Below are positions 1 to 10,031 of a stretch of DNA of 64,000 nucleotides, one piece after another. Position 1 is the first letter of the stretch. Every line of letters begins with the position of its first letter. The notes beneath the pieces are model-generated. The model saw only the letters and a list, made by a program, of their open reading frames with translations. It searched no databases and was not told the origin of the DNA. The position numbers and the translations under genes are program-made. Source of the stretch: Prevotella sp. (lineage in GTDB: Bacteria > Bacteroidota > Bacteroidia > Bacteroidales > Dysgonomonadaceae); contig JAITVV010000048.1 of the NCBI GenBank assembly GCA_031285625.1, forward strand, positions 37,834-101,833, given 5' to 3'.

Positions 1-2
1 AT

Positions 3-803
3 GCTGGCTGGTATGGCGGCGGCTGGTATGGCGGACACCATCACCATCGTTCTAATTACTCATACTCAGGAAGACCACGTTACGGATATGGCTCCAGTGG
101 ACGCTATTCAGCATCTAGCGGACGTTATGGTAGTTCATCAGGAAGATATTCTTCATCATACAGTGGAGGTAGAGGTTCGTCAGTTGGCACTCGCCCATCA
201 TACGGAACAGGAGGTAGAGGCTCATCTGTAGGTACTCGTCCATCTTATGGTTCAAGTGGCAGAGGCTCATCTACAGGGGTAAGTACAAGACCAACTACAC
301 GTCCTAGTTATAATACAGGAACATCAACGGGCAGAGGGTCATCTAGTGGTGTAAGCACAAGACCGACAACTCGTCCTAGTTACAATACCGGAACTTCAAC
401 AGGTAGAGGTTCATCTAGTGGTGTAAGTACAAGACCGACTACACGCCCTAGCTACAATAGTGGTAGTTCTTCGACTGGCAGAGGATCCTCCAGTTCAGGT
501 GTAAGTTCAAGGCCATCTACTCGTCCAAGCTATAACAGCAGTGGATCAAGCAGCAGTAGCTCGCGTCCAAGTTATAATAGTTCGTCTAGTTCACGTCCTA
601 GCTATAACAGTAGCTCATCAAGTAGATCAAGTAGTTCTAGTTCACGTCCTAGCTATAATAGCAGCAGTTCTTCGTCAAGTAGGAGTTCAAGCTACAGTAG
701 TCCTTCAAGCAGTTCTTCTAGAGGCTCTTACAGTTCAGGAAGTTCTTCCTCTGGTCGTTCTTCCGGTGGTGGAGGTGGCAGAAGCGGTGGCGGACGTCGA
801 TAA
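3..803 (+). CDS. 5'-truncated CDS: C-terminal Ser/Gly/Arg/Tyr-rich low-complexity tail of a Bacteroidetes hypothetical protein (missed by the ORF track)
   Basis: Frame +3 is open from the window edge to TAA at 801-803 and reads AGWYGGGWYGGHHHHRSNYSYSGRP...GRGSSSGVSTRPTTRPSYN (repeated)...GGRSGGGRR; a terminator follows. The two frame +1 ORFs in the track are shadows. Confidence 0.85.
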   Translation, partial: AGWYGGGWYGGHHHHRSNYSYSGRPRYGYGSSGRYSASSGRYGSSSGRYSSSYSGGRGSSVGTRPSYGTGGRGSSVGTRPSYGSSGRGSSTGVSTRPTTRPSYNTGTSTGRGSSSGVSTRPTTRPSYNTGTSTGRGSSSGVSTRPTTRPSYNSGSSSTGRGSSSSGVSSRPSTRPSYNSSGSSSSSSRPSYNSSSSSRPSYNSSSSSRSSSSSSRPSYNSSSSSSSRSSSYSSPSSSSSRGSYSSGSSSSGRSSGGGGGRSGGGRR

Positions 804-831
804 ATTATGAAACTAAAAAACTGAAAATACT

Positions 832-871
832 AAAAAAGCTGTTTCAATGAATAAAACTGGAACAGCTTTTT
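832..871 (+). terminator. Intrinsic terminator
   Basis: AAAAAGCTGTTTCA...TGGAACAGCTTTTT inverted repeat after the stop at 803. Confidence 0.7.
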
Positions 872-903
872 AAGGAAATATACAAACGTTAGATATTATA
901 ATT

Positions 904-2514
904 ATGAGAAAGATATCATTCTTAATGTTAGCATCTCTATTTTCATTTGCAACTATCAATGCCCAGAATGAGATGGATGCTTATAAATGTTCAAAAAATG
1001 ATTTGACCGGTACAGCCCGTTCTGTAGCTATGGGAGGAGCTTTTGGCGCCTTAGGTGGAGATATCTCCGGTATTGCAATTAATCCTGCAGGTATAGGAGT
1101 TTATCAAAAATCAGAAATTGTGACTACTATTAATTTTCAGAATACGAAGTCACAGGCAGAGCTAAACGTTGGAAAAGACAGTGAAAACAAATTTAAATTT
1201 ACGTTTGATAATTTAGCCTTTGTTACTGTTTTCCCTTTGAATAGTGATGTTGTACCTACATTAAATATAGGATTTTCTTATAATCGTTTGAAAAGTTTTG
1301 ACCGTCAATATCTAATGAGAGGTGATTATACTCAATCATTAACAGATTATATTGCAGGAAGGGCAACCAGTAATGGTATCTCTAGTGATAATATAGCACT
1401 AAAAGGAAATGATCAATGGAATGTCTGGAACAATCAGGACTGGTTAACAGTACTGGGATATAATTCTTTCTTAGTGAACGAAACATCGACAGGAAAATAC
1501 TCGACAGCGATACCTGATAATATTCCTGTATCCAGTGATTTATTCGTACAGGAAAAAGGTGCTATCGACTCATATGATTTTAACATAGGTGCATCTATTT
1601 CAGATGTAGTAAATGTTGGTGCTACTATATCAATGACTGATATAAACTACCGTCTTTATTCTCAATATACGGAGTATATGTTAGACGGTAACGGTGGTAT
1701 TGCAGATAATCGTAGATTTGATTTATACAACTGGGATAGAACAGATGGGACAGGCTGGCAGGTTAAAGCCGGAATAATTGTAAAACCGGTACAGGAACTT
1801 CGTATCGGACTATCTTACCATTCACCGACTTGGTATAAAATGACCGATCATTTCGCTGCTGATTTGGTACACAACTTATCAGGTGTACAAGGAGCTAATT
1901 TAGGTCAGGACTATGCCCCAGGGGAAGTCTTAAGCTACGATGGAGATGAAGATGCAGTTTATGACTACAAGCTGCGCACACCTGATAAATGGACATTCAG
2001 TCTAGCCGGAGTAATTGCTTCCAAAGCTATTATTAGTGCTGATTATGAGTTGACTAATTACAAAAACAATATGAGATTACATGATCGCAATAGTAATACT
2101 CTATCTCCAGACCCGAATGAGTATATTAAAAATGATTTTAGAATGTCATCATCTGTTCGCGTAGGATTAGAATATCGTTTTACAAGTAAGTTTCTTGGTC
2201 GTGTAGGTTATTCCTGGGTACAAAGCCCTTTTGAAACAACTATAAAAAATAGCGGAGAAGAAGTTACCACAGATCCTCGCCCTGTTACACAATATGCATT
2301 TGATGGAGACACACACTATATTACATATGGCTTAGGGTATCAGTTTATTCCTCAAAGGCGTTCGGATGACAGAGAAGTCGGCTATTTCTATACAGATATT
2401 GCTTTTGTAATGAAAACTCAAAAGGATGACTTGTATGCTTTTAACGGGGCTGAAAAAGCAACTCTTAAAACAAACTCTTTCCGAGGTTTATTAACTGTAG
2501 GATATAAATTCTAG
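904..2514 (+). CDS. Outer-membrane beta-barrel, OmpP1/FadL-like transporter family
   Basis: Signal peptide; GTARSVAMGGAFGALGGD..NPAG N-terminal motif typical of FadL/OmpP1; C-terminal GYKF. Confidence 0.8.
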   Translation: MRKISFLMLASLFSFATINAQNEMDAYKCSKNDLTGTARSVAMGGAFGALGGDISGIAINPAGIGVYQKSEIVTTINFQNTKSQAELNVGKDSENKFKFTFDNLAFVTVFPLNSDVVPTLNIGFSYNRLKSFDRQYLMRGDYTQSLTDYIAGRATSNGISSDNIALKGNDQWNVWNNQDWLTVLGYNSFLVNETSTGKYSTAIPDNIPVSSDLFVQEKGAIDSYDFNIGASISDVVNVGATISMTDINYRLYSQYTEYMLDGNGGIADNRRFDLYNWDRTDGTGWQVKAGIIVKPVQELRIGLSYHSPTWYKMTDHFAADLVHNLSGVQGANLGQDYAPGEVLSYDGDEDAVYDYKLRTPDKWTFSLAGVIASKAIISADYELTNYKNNMRLHDRNSNTLSPDPNEYIKNDFRMSSSVRVGLEYRFTSKFLGRVGYSWVQSPFETTIKNSGEEVTTDPRPVTQYAFDGDTHYITYGLGYQFIPQRRSDDREVGYFYTDIAFVMKTQKDDLYAFNGAEKATLKTNSFRGLLTVGYKF

Positions 2515-2531
2515 AAAATAACATAGTAAAG

Positions 2532-2566
2532 AAGCAGCGATTTCGTTTTGAAATTGCTGCTTTTTT
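2532..2566 (+). terminator. Intrinsic terminator
   Basis: AAGCAGCGATTTC-GTTTT-GAAATTGCTGCTT followed by T tract. Confidence 0.8.
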
Positions 2567-2605
2567 ATTATTGTGAGATATATTTGTATTTTATAAATTA
2601 ATTAT

Positions 2606-3064
2606 ATGAAACTTGAAATAAGAAAACTTGATAAAAGTGAACCTGTTCCTTTCGACCTGCTATATTTGGCTGATCCATCAAAAGAAGCTGTAAATGACTA
2701 TTTAAACAGAGGGACTTGCTATATAGGTCTATCAAATGATAAAATAATCGGAGTTTATGTTTTACTCCCTACCCGGCCTTTTACGATTGAACTCGTAAAT
2801 CTGGCTGTTGATGAGGCATTCCACAATAAGGGATTAGGCAGAAAACTTATCGATCACGCAATAACTGTTGCCCGGGATGGAAATTATCAGGTACTTGAAG
2901 TTGGTACCGGTAATGCCGGAATAGGACAAATGGCACTTTATCAGAAATGCGGTTTTTCAATTGTACATGTTGATTTCGATTTTTTCAGGAAACATTATGA
3001 TGAGCCAATTTTCGAGAATGGTATTGAATGCCGCCATATGATCCGTCTAAGTATGGATTTGTAA
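2606..3064 (+). CDS. GNAT family N-acetyltransferase
   Basis: AV..HNKGLGRKL acetyl-CoA motif; LYQKCGF. Confidence 0.85.
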   Translation: MKLEIRKLDKSEPVPFDLLYLADPSKEAVNDYLNRGTCYIGLSNDKIIGVYVLLPTRPFTIELVNLAVDEAFHNKGLGRKLIDHAITVARDGNYQVLEVGTGNAGIGQMALYQKCGFSIVHVDFDFFRKHYDEPIFENGIECRHMIRLSMDL

Positions 3065-3095
3065 TAGACTCAGATTAATCATAGACAATAGAATA

Positions 3096-3656
3096 ATGAC
3101 TGAAAAAGAGAAAGCAGAAAGAGGTCTTTTGTATGATGCAAATTCCGATCAGGAAATTCTTGCCGACAGGCAGAGAGCAAAAGAAATACTTTATGAATAC
3201 AATAATCTGCATCCTAAAAAGCAAGATGAAAGGAAGCAAATATTAAGGCTATTGCTAAATAAGACTGGAAATGAATTCATTTTTGAACCTCCTTTTTATT
3301 GCGATTACGGATATAACATTGAAGTTGGAGAGAATTTTTTTGCTAATATGAATCTGGTTATTCTGGATGGAGCGAAAGTAAGTATAGGAAATAATGTTTT
3401 TATTGCACCTAATGTAGGCATTTATACTGCAGGGCATCCTTTAGATGAAATACAACGAAATGAAGGTCTGGAGTATGCATATCCTGTTACTATAGGCAAT
3501 AGTGTATGGATAGGTGCGGGTGTGAGCATTCTGCCCGGAGTAACTGTTGGTAATAACGTGGTAATAGGTGCAGGGAGTGTAGTAACAAAAGATATACCAG
3601 ATAACTGTGTTGTCGCAGGAAACCCCGCAGTTATAAAAAAGAGATTGGATAAATAA
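3096..3656 (+). CDS. Sugar (maltose/galactoside) O-acetyltransferase
   Basis: PPFYCDYGYNI, YTAGHP, hexapeptide repeats, AGNPA. Confidence 0.9.
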   Translation: MTEKEKAERGLLYDANSDQEILADRQRAKEILYEYNNLHPKKQDERKQILRLLLNKTGNEFIFEPPFYCDYGYNIEVGENFFANMNLVILDGAKVSIGNNVFIAPNVGIYTAGHPLDEIQRNEGLEYAYPVTIGNSVWIGAGVSILPGVTVGNNVVIGAGSVVTKDIPDNCVVAGNPAVIKKRLDK

Positions 3657-3659
3657 TCC

Positions 3660-4247
3660 ATGGAGCATATTTTAGAAATAGCAAAGCGGAATGAACAACG
3701 TGCATGGAAAATCATAAATGATTCCGATGTAATCAATATATGGCAGTCGGTAGGGGCAAAAATAAATCTTGTCGGTTCTTTAAAGATGGGACTTTTAATG
3801 AAACATCGTGATATCGATTTTCACATATATACAGACTCCCTGAATATTTCTGACAGTTTTGCAGCCATGAGGAAACTTGCTGAAAATCCTTTTATAAAAC
3901 GCATCGAGTACAACAACTTAATAGATACAGATGAAAAATGTATAGAATGGCATGCATGGTACCTTGATGAAGATGAACAATTATGGCAATTAGACATGAT
4001 CCATATACTGAAAGGGTCTTTTTATGACGGTTATTTTGAGAAGATGGCCGACCGTATATGCGAGGTGTTAACGCCAGAAACAAGGCTGACTATATTGAAC
4101 TTGAAGAATGAAACTCCTGAAAGAAAAAAGATAATAGGGGTAGAATATTACAAGGCTGTTATTCAGGATGGCATTAAAACATATGATGAGTTTTTAGAAT
4201 GGAAGAAAAATCATCCTAATAATGGAATTATAAATTGGATTCCTTAA
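3660..4247 (+). CDS. Hypothetical protein with a Pol-beta-type nucleotidyltransferase motif
   Basis: LVGS...HRDIDFH (GS + DxD) and a third Asp in WQLDMIH. Confidence 0.55.
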   Translation: MEHILEIAKRNEQRAWKIINDSDVINIWQSVGAKINLVGSLKMGLLMKHRDIDFHIYTDSLNISDSFAAMRKLAENPFIKRIEYNNLIDTDEKCIEWHAWYLDEDEQLWQLDMIHILKGSFYDGYFEKMADRICEVLTPETRLTILNLKNETPERKKIIGVEYYKAVIQDGIKTYDEFLEWKKNHPNNGIINWIP

Positions 4248-4258
4248 TTTATAGTAAA

Positions 4259-4291
4259 TAAAAAGGGTTTTGCAAATTGCAAAACCCTTTT
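4259..4291. terminator. Bidirectional terminator
   Basis: AAAAGGGTTTTGCAA-A-TTGCAAAACCCTTTT between convergent genes. Confidence 0.85.
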
Positions 4292-4309
4292 CTATTATTA
4301 GCTGAAATA

Positions 4310-4813
4310 TTATTTTTTCAGAGCATTAATTGCTGCATCATAATTTGGTTCGTTAGTAGTTTCTGCTACCAGTTCATTATAAAGTACTTTCCCTTCAGTA
4401 TCAAGAACAACAACCGAACGGGCAAGTAGACCTTTCAATGGACCATCAAGAGTCAATACACCATATGCTTTAGCAAATTCAGGATTTCTGAAAACTGATG
4501 CAGGGTGTACATTTTCAATACCTTCTGTTGTACAGAAGCGTCCTGCTGCAAATGGTAAATCTGCTGAAACAGCAAGTATTACTGTATTGGGAAGATTAGC
4601 AGCCTCTTTGTTGAACTTACGTACTGATGCTGCACAAACACCTGTATCCAGGCTAGGAAAAATATTAAGAATTACATTCTTTCCTTTAAGGTCTTTTAGA
4701 GATACTTCAGACAGGTCTGATTTAACCAAAACAAATTCAGGGGCTGTTGTGCCTACTGCCGGAAGTTGTCCGCTAATATTTACTGGAGAACCTTTAAATG
4801 TTACTTGTGACAT
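4310..4813 (-). CDS. tpx: Thiol peroxidase (Tpx-type peroxiredoxin)
   Basis: FPSLDTGVCAASVRKFN, SADLPFAAGRFC, EPNYDAA. Confidence 0.95.
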   Translation of the reverse strand: MSQVTFKGSPVNISGQLPAVGTTAPEFVLVKSDLSEVSLKDLKGKNVILNIFPSLDTGVCAASVRKFNKEAANLPNTVILAVSADLPFAAGRFCTTEGIENVHPASVFRNPEFAKAYGVLTLDGPLKGLLARSVVVLDTEGKVLYNELVAETTNEPNYDAAINALKK

Positions 4814-4844
4814 AATTTTTGTTTTTAATTGTTTGTTAATAGTT

Positions 4845-5480
4845 TTATTTTATTTCAATAAGAAAATCTTTTTTAGGATGACGAATCTTTTTCAGGTTTA
4901 CCAACCAGTCATTTGTTGAATCCCGATAACCTAAAGGTAATATTGTAACACTTTTAAGCCCACGTTCGTTCAATTTTAATAATTTATCTAATGCTTCATT
5001 ATCAAATCCTTCCATTGGGGTAGAATCGATTTTCAGATCGGCAGCCATCGCCATTGCAAAACCAAAAGCAATATATGCCTGACGGGCAGCATGTTCGAAA
5101 TTTACTTCGGCCGGACGACGTAAATAGGCCTTCTTCAGCCTGTCTGTGTAATCTTTATATTGGTTAGGGTCCTGTGCCCGGCCTTCAGTAATATATTTAT
5201 ATATTGTATCTATACGTTCTTCTGTATAATTATCCCATGCAGCAAATACCAATAAATGAGAACTATCTGCTATTTGTTGCTGATTGAATGCAATTGGTAC
5301 TATCTTGTTTTTTATTTCCTGATTTGTAATTACGAAGATCTCAAAAGGTTGTAAACCTGATGAAGTTGGTGCCAACCATGCTGCTTCAATGATTTCATCT
5401 ACTAATTTTTGATCAACTTTTTTCGCCGAATCAAATTTTTTTGTTGCGTATCTCCATTGTAGTGCGTCTATTAAGCTCAT
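4845..5480 (-). CDS. NAD(P)H-dependent nitroreductase family protein
   Basis: WRYATKKFD, APTSSGLQP, DSTPMEGFD. Confidence 0.9.
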   Translation of the reverse strand: MSLIDALQWRYATKKFDSAKKVDQKLVDEIIEAAWLAPTSSGLQPFEIFVITNQEIKNKIVPIAFNQQQIADSSHLLVFAAWDNYTEERIDTIYKYITEGRAQDPNQYKDYTDRLKKAYLRRPAEVNFEHAARQAYIAFGFAMAMAADLKIDSTPMEGFDNEALDKLLKLNERGLKSVTILPLGYRDSTNDWLVNLKKIRHPKKDFLIEIK

Positions 5481-5526
5481 TTTATTCCTTATTTTTGTTA
5501 TTCTTTATTTTAGTATGAATGATAAT

Positions 5527-5976
5527 TTATATCAGGTTATCATTACATTTTCCTGTTATTTTTAATAATGACTTCAACTGTTCACGTAATAGAACTAACT
5601 GCTCGTCATTTGTTTCTAAGGCTTTTTTTATTGCAGGAGGAATTGACTCCGCTTTTTTCTCCAATTCTTTGCCTTTATCCGATATTATAATATCTACCAC
5701 TCTCTCATCTGCACTCGAACGTTTTCTTATTAATAACCCATTAGCTTCCATCCTTTTCAGCAAAGGTGTTAACGTTCCACTATCTAGCCATAACAATTCA
5801 CCCAGATGTTTTACTGTAACAGACTTGCGTTCCCATAAAACCATAAGTACAAGATATTGGGGATATGTAAGTCCTAATTTTTCCAAATGGGGACGGTATA
5901 TTGCGGTTATCTGCCTCGATAAAGCATATATCGGAAAACAGAGTTGGTTTTTTAATTTTAAACTTTCATTCATCAT
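5527..5976 (-). CDS. MarR family regulator (OhrR-like)
   Basis: QLCFPIY with N-terminal Cys, LTYPQYLV, LDSGTLTPLLKRME, DER; heads the nitroreductase-tpx operon. Confidence 0.9.
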   Translation of the reverse strand: MMNESLKLKNQLCFPIYALSRQITAIYRPHLEKLGLTYPQYLVLMVLWERKSVTVKHLGELLWLDSGTLTPLLKRMEANGLLIRKRSSADERVVDIIISDKGKELEKKAESIPPAIKKALETNDEQLVLLREQLKSLLKITGKCNDNLI

Positions 5977-6336
5977 TTTAATTTCTTAAAATTCGATTGT
6001 ACAAAATTAAATATTTTAAAATTATATTGCAGGCTTCTTTTTGTTAAATAAGATTAATAGGTTAGCCTTTTCCTTTTTCGTCATGAAAATGAAAAATATG
6101 AAAAGCTTTAATTGAAAGGCTCTAGGAATAAAATGTAAACAGATAAGCTGGAATGATAAGAATTGTTGGCATTCGTTTTGACAATTGTCGGACAACTTTA
6201 GTGTTGAACTTATCTAGTCTGACAGATTAGGAGAACATATCGTATCGTCTTTAGCAAAAGATTCAATATCTTCCATTAGCAAAAGCTATATTTTAGGAAA
6301 TAGAGATTATAACTTGCTATAAAAGTTTTTCAAAAA

Positions 6337-6747
6337 TTAGGGATTAAATGTTTTCTCCATTATTATATAGTCATAGCCATTTTGAACAAAAGACTTATCA
6401 GTTTCTTTATATCCAAACTTTTTGTAAAAACCTGTGGCATTAGTTCTGGCATTGCACCATAAACGATCAAATTTCATATCATTAGCATAGTCTGTAAGCC
6501 ATTGCATCAATGCAGATGCATACCCCTTCCTTTGCATATCAGTACGGGTAGCTAATTTACGAAATTGCACTTCCCTGCCATGCAAGAAGACAGACATCAC
6601 TGACATTAACTCTTCGTTTTCATATACGCCGATATGCAGCCCCATATCGTCGTCGGGAAGTTTTACAAATTCAATACTTTTGTCAGGATACATTACTTGT
6701 TGACGCATAGCCAGTACTTCTTCATATGGTGCTTCTGATATAATCAT
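6337..6747 (-). CDS. GNAT family N-acetyltransferase
   Basis: QRKGYAS, LWCNAR..A.GFYKKFG. Confidence 0.85.
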   Translation of the reverse strand: MIISEAPYEEVLAMRQQVMYPDKSIEFVKLPDDDMGLHIGVYENEELMSVMSVFLHGREVQFRKLATRTDMQRKGYASALMQWLTDYANDMKFDRLWCNARTNATGFYKKFGYKETDKSFVQNGYDYIIMEKTFNP

Positions 6748-6751
6748 TTCT

Positions 6752-8230
6752 TTAAAATTTATAAGTTAACATTAAGCGTCCTTCTGATGTTTGAGAAAAA
6801 ACATCATCAAAATATTTATAGTTCGTATCACGGGTATAATTATATACAATACCTGTAAGGAAAAGATGATCTCTCAACTTCACATCCGCCCTAAGGCTTA
6901 TAGCATGCAGTATAGCCTGCGACTTATCTCCCTGATAATCGAATTCATGTACATCGATAGTGTCCCAGTCTATATCCTGTGGATATCCCTTCCAAGTAAA
7001 CATCCGATATATTTCGTAATTTCCGGACAAACTGATCCGATCTTTATATGTAAGGTTGAATCCAGCCTTTGTGCTAAAACCACTAGCCAGATTATAATTA
7101 CGCATATCCACTACATAGTGATCACTCAACGCACCTCCCAATAAAACCAGATTAGCATGTAAATATGCATCAAATCCTACATTTCTTACACGCTTGCTCT
7201 GATAAATAAGCCCTGTACCAAAGGATGCAGGGGTGCAGAATTTATAAGGGATCTTCGCCGAAACATCAGATATTGTATCCGAATCATAATAATCAAAGTG
7301 CTGATAAAATCCCAAACTTAAAAAATCATTTTTTGTATCTACCAGATCGGTCACATATAGCCGTCCGATTATATTTAATTGGCTAAGCATTGGCTGAGAA
7401 CTATGAATATTCAGATTACTCTTAAAAGTAAAATAATCATATGGCTTCTCATTTTCATCCGAAAATCGATCACCATATTCAATATTTATATCCATTGCAG
7501 CCCCTACCCCCTTGTCCAGAATTTCTCCTTTTAATTCAAGAATGCGTACTCCGGCCGATAATTCAACACTTACATCAGGTACTCCAAATTGTTTTCCGGA
7601 TGTAGACCGTCTACGCCAGGCATCACCATTTAGGATACGTGTAAGACCTCTGGTTGGAGCAATCAGAAACCCGGCTAGCTCTCGCCCAAAACGGTGCGTA
7701 CCTTCTCTTCTATCATCAAGAACTAAATCTGATGTACGATATAGTACTTCCCCAAGAGACAATCCGCCTATAGGTGTAGCTATAATATCATTGAATGATG
7801 GGTATTCATTTTCCATAAACAATTCCCACATAGCACTACCGCCAAATGCAAAAAGTCCTGACTGCCAGTAATTATAACCTCTCGATCGAGCTGAATTATA
7901 GTATAAACTACCATGATATGGATGCAGGAACATATTTGTACCCATCTGGTCATTGTCCCAGACAAAACGGTGAGAAAGATTTTTCTTTATTGTATGCATA
8001 TTTATATATGCAAACTCTTCTTTCATAATAAACCGATCAAATCCCCATATCCCCATATTTAAAGTGAAATTCTGAGCAGCAGCTCCCCATCCATTTTTTT
8101 TGGAATAATAAGCTATATCAAGAGAGTCTGCAGGCTTGGGGGGTGCAACCTGATACCGTATAGCAAACTGTGCTTGTGCAGAGAAAGATATTAATAGAAA
8201 TATTATTAATAGGTGAAGCTTATTTTGCAT
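6752..8230 (-). CDS. DUF3943-like outer-membrane protein
   Basis: Signal peptide; WDND..TN..HPYHGSLYYNSAR, WE...E.EYPS.ND motifs; C-terminal YKF. Confidence 0.75.
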   Translation of the reverse strand: MQNKLHLLIIFLLISFSAQAQFAIRYQVAPPKPADSLDIAYYSKKNGWGAAAQNFTLNMGIWGFDRFIMKEEFAYINMHTIKKNLSHRFVWDNDQMGTNMFLHPYHGSLYYNSARSRGYNYWQSGLFAFGGSAMWELFMENEYPSFNDIIATPIGGLSLGEVLYRTSDLVLDDRREGTHRFGRELAGFLIAPTRGLTRILNGDAWRRRSTSGKQFGVPDVSVELSAGVRILELKGEILDKGVGAAMDINIEYGDRFSDENEKPYDYFTFKSNLNIHSSQPMLSQLNIIGRLYVTDLVDTKNDFLSLGFYQHFDYYDSDTISDVSAKIPYKFCTPASFGTGLIYQSKRVRNVGFDAYLHANLVLLGGALSDHYVVDMRNYNLASGFSTKAGFNLTYKDRISLSGNYEIYRMFTWKGYPQDIDWDTIDVHEFDYQGDKSQAILHAISLRADVKLRDHLFLTGIVYNYTRDTNYKYFDDVFSQTSEGRLMLTYKF

Positions 8231-8348
8231 CTAAAGATTTACTAAGTTATCTTAAAGGGTACAAAGATACAATATTTAATAAATTGGGAAACAGTACTAT
8301 CAAGAATGTGAACCGAGAATTATTTTTTCTATCTTTGATTATAACTTT

Positions 8349-9236
8349 ATGGAATCAGGGGCAATGAAGAATCGTATTGAAGAAAGAAACAGGCAACTAA
8401 GAGAAAAAGGATTTGAAAAAACACTTAACTATGCCTGTGCTATAAATGATATTATTCAAGTAAAGAAGAAGCTCGAAAATATCAAACCTACAGAACTGAA
8501 TAAGAAAGCTAGTTATTTTGGAACTGCTCTACATATAGCATGTGATGATAATAATATTGAAATTGTAAAACTATTACTTACAGCAGGGGCTGACCTGGAA
8601 ATAAAAGACGTTGCCAGCAATACGGCTCTTGCTATTACAATAGAACGAGGATATGAGGATTTAGCACATTTCCTCATTGATGCCGGTGCAGATATACATA
8701 CATTAGGAACACACCGAACTACTATGATACATCTGGCTTGTTTAAGATGTAGTCGCCAGATGATAGAATATCTGATAAGCAAAGGACTTGATGTAAATGC
8801 TTTGGCAAGTGACAAGCGTAGTGCGCTGATATACACGACAAATAATGGAGGAAACATTGAAGCTGCCAGAACATTGATTGAAAATGGGATAAGTTCAGAC
8901 CATTTTTCGGAAGCCTTTAAAGAAGCCTGTTGGCGGGGAAATCCCGATATTGCTCAGTTACTGCTTGCACATGGTGCTGATAAGAATGTTATCATGGGTA
9001 AAACCGGAAAAAAACCTGAGACACTTTTCTGGATATGCAATAAAGGAACTTACCTAGACGTAATAAAGAAAAGATACCTTTCGGTTATAGAACTGCTTTT
9101 AGCCAATGGTTTCGATTTTATGTCCAAATACAAATTTAAGGGGCTGATGATATCTTATGACGGCTCACCTCTGGATAAAGCAATCGATTCTGGTTTCACC
9201 GAAGCCGTTAAATTGATTGAAGGTTATAAAAGCTAA
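8349..9236 (+). CDS. Ankyrin-repeat protein
   Basis: GTALHIAC...IVKLLLTAGAD and further ankyrin repeats. Confidence 0.85.
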   Translation: MESGAMKNRIEERNRQLREKGFEKTLNYACAINDIIQVKKKLENIKPTELNKKASYFGTALHIACDDNNIEIVKLLLTAGADLEIKDVASNTALAITIERGYEDLAHFLIDAGADIHTLGTHRTTMIHLACLRCSRQMIEYLISKGLDVNALASDKRSALIYTTNNGGNIEAARTLIENGISSDHFSEAFKEACWRGNPDIAQLLLAHGADKNVIMGKTGKKPETLFWICNKGTYLDVIKKRYLSVIELLLANGFDFMSKYKFKGLMISYDGSPLDKAIDSGFTEAVKLIEGYKS

Positions 9237-9248
9237 TATAAAAAGATT

Positions 9249-9986
9249 GTGATGAAGCATATATCCTGGTTATTGATATTTATAATCTCCTCCATTTATG
9301 GAAATGCACAAATAGATACTAACGACAGTATACCCCGAATTCAGATGGATAATATATATTATCCAAACCCCTATAGAAATAATAATTTATCTGAATACTA
9401 CAGTCCTGATCAGATCGACTTTAGTAAAGATTTTCTATTTTTGGAAACTAAACGAACTGAGGCTAATGCATTTCTTATAGATGTCAGTAAATACAGTTTC
9501 GAGCCGGATATATTCTGCACCGGAGACTCCGGGCAGAATGGGATATTTGACAAAGATAATCAACAGATAAAAATACATATTACCAAGACTGAAAAGATAG
9601 ATAGTGACAGTCTGGCTTTCCATATAGTAGGAAAATCCGACATGAAAGGAGTCATCTGTCAGCTTGAAGGTAAGATTACAATTTTGTCCGTATATAAGTA
9701 TATGGCCGACCGGGTTTATCCGGGTCAAGGGATTATTTTCGCCAAATATGAATTCTTTGAAAATAAGGGACAGGAACACCCCGGTATTTTCAGAGGAATT
9801 TTTAAAGCCACTATAAGAATTAATCCAAAGATTCAGAAAATCAAACTGGATGAAAGGCTTAACCGAGGAAACTTATATAATAACCGTACTTATGTGGGTA
9901 CGTGGACCACATATGATGGTGAAACTATAAAAAAGTGTATCTGGGGTGATAATAGATTACCTTTTACTTTCGATTCAGCAGACTAA
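9249..9986 (+). CDS. Secreted hypothetical protein
   Basis: 245-aa ORF with signal peptide, co-oriented with its neighbours. Confidence 0.65.
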   Translation: MMKHISWLLIFIISSIYGNAQIDTNDSIPRIQMDNIYYPNPYRNNNLSEYYSPDQIDFSKDFLFLETKRTEANAFLIDVSKYSFEPDIFCTGDSGQNGIFDKDNQQIKIHITKTEKIDSDSLAFHIVGKSDMKGVICQLEGKITILSVYKYMADRVYPGQGIIFAKYEFFENKGQEHPGIFRGIFKATIRINPKIQKIKLDERLNRGNLYNNRTYVGTWTTYDGETIKKCIWGDNRLPFTFDSAD

Positions 9987-10031
9987 ACTTATCAATAAGA
10001 AAATGGTTCTATATTTAAATCTACATATAAA

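Noticed and set aside
240-700. Tandem DNA repeats as a possible CRISPR array
   Set aside because: They are in-frame coding repeats with synonymous variation; no unique spacers and no cas genes
1-810. ORF-track calls 1..231 and 541..810
   Set aside because: Shadow frames of the Ser/Gly-rich frame +3 CDS
5977-6336. 360-bp gap as a possible pseudogene
   Set aside because: Only very short frames with no recognisable motif
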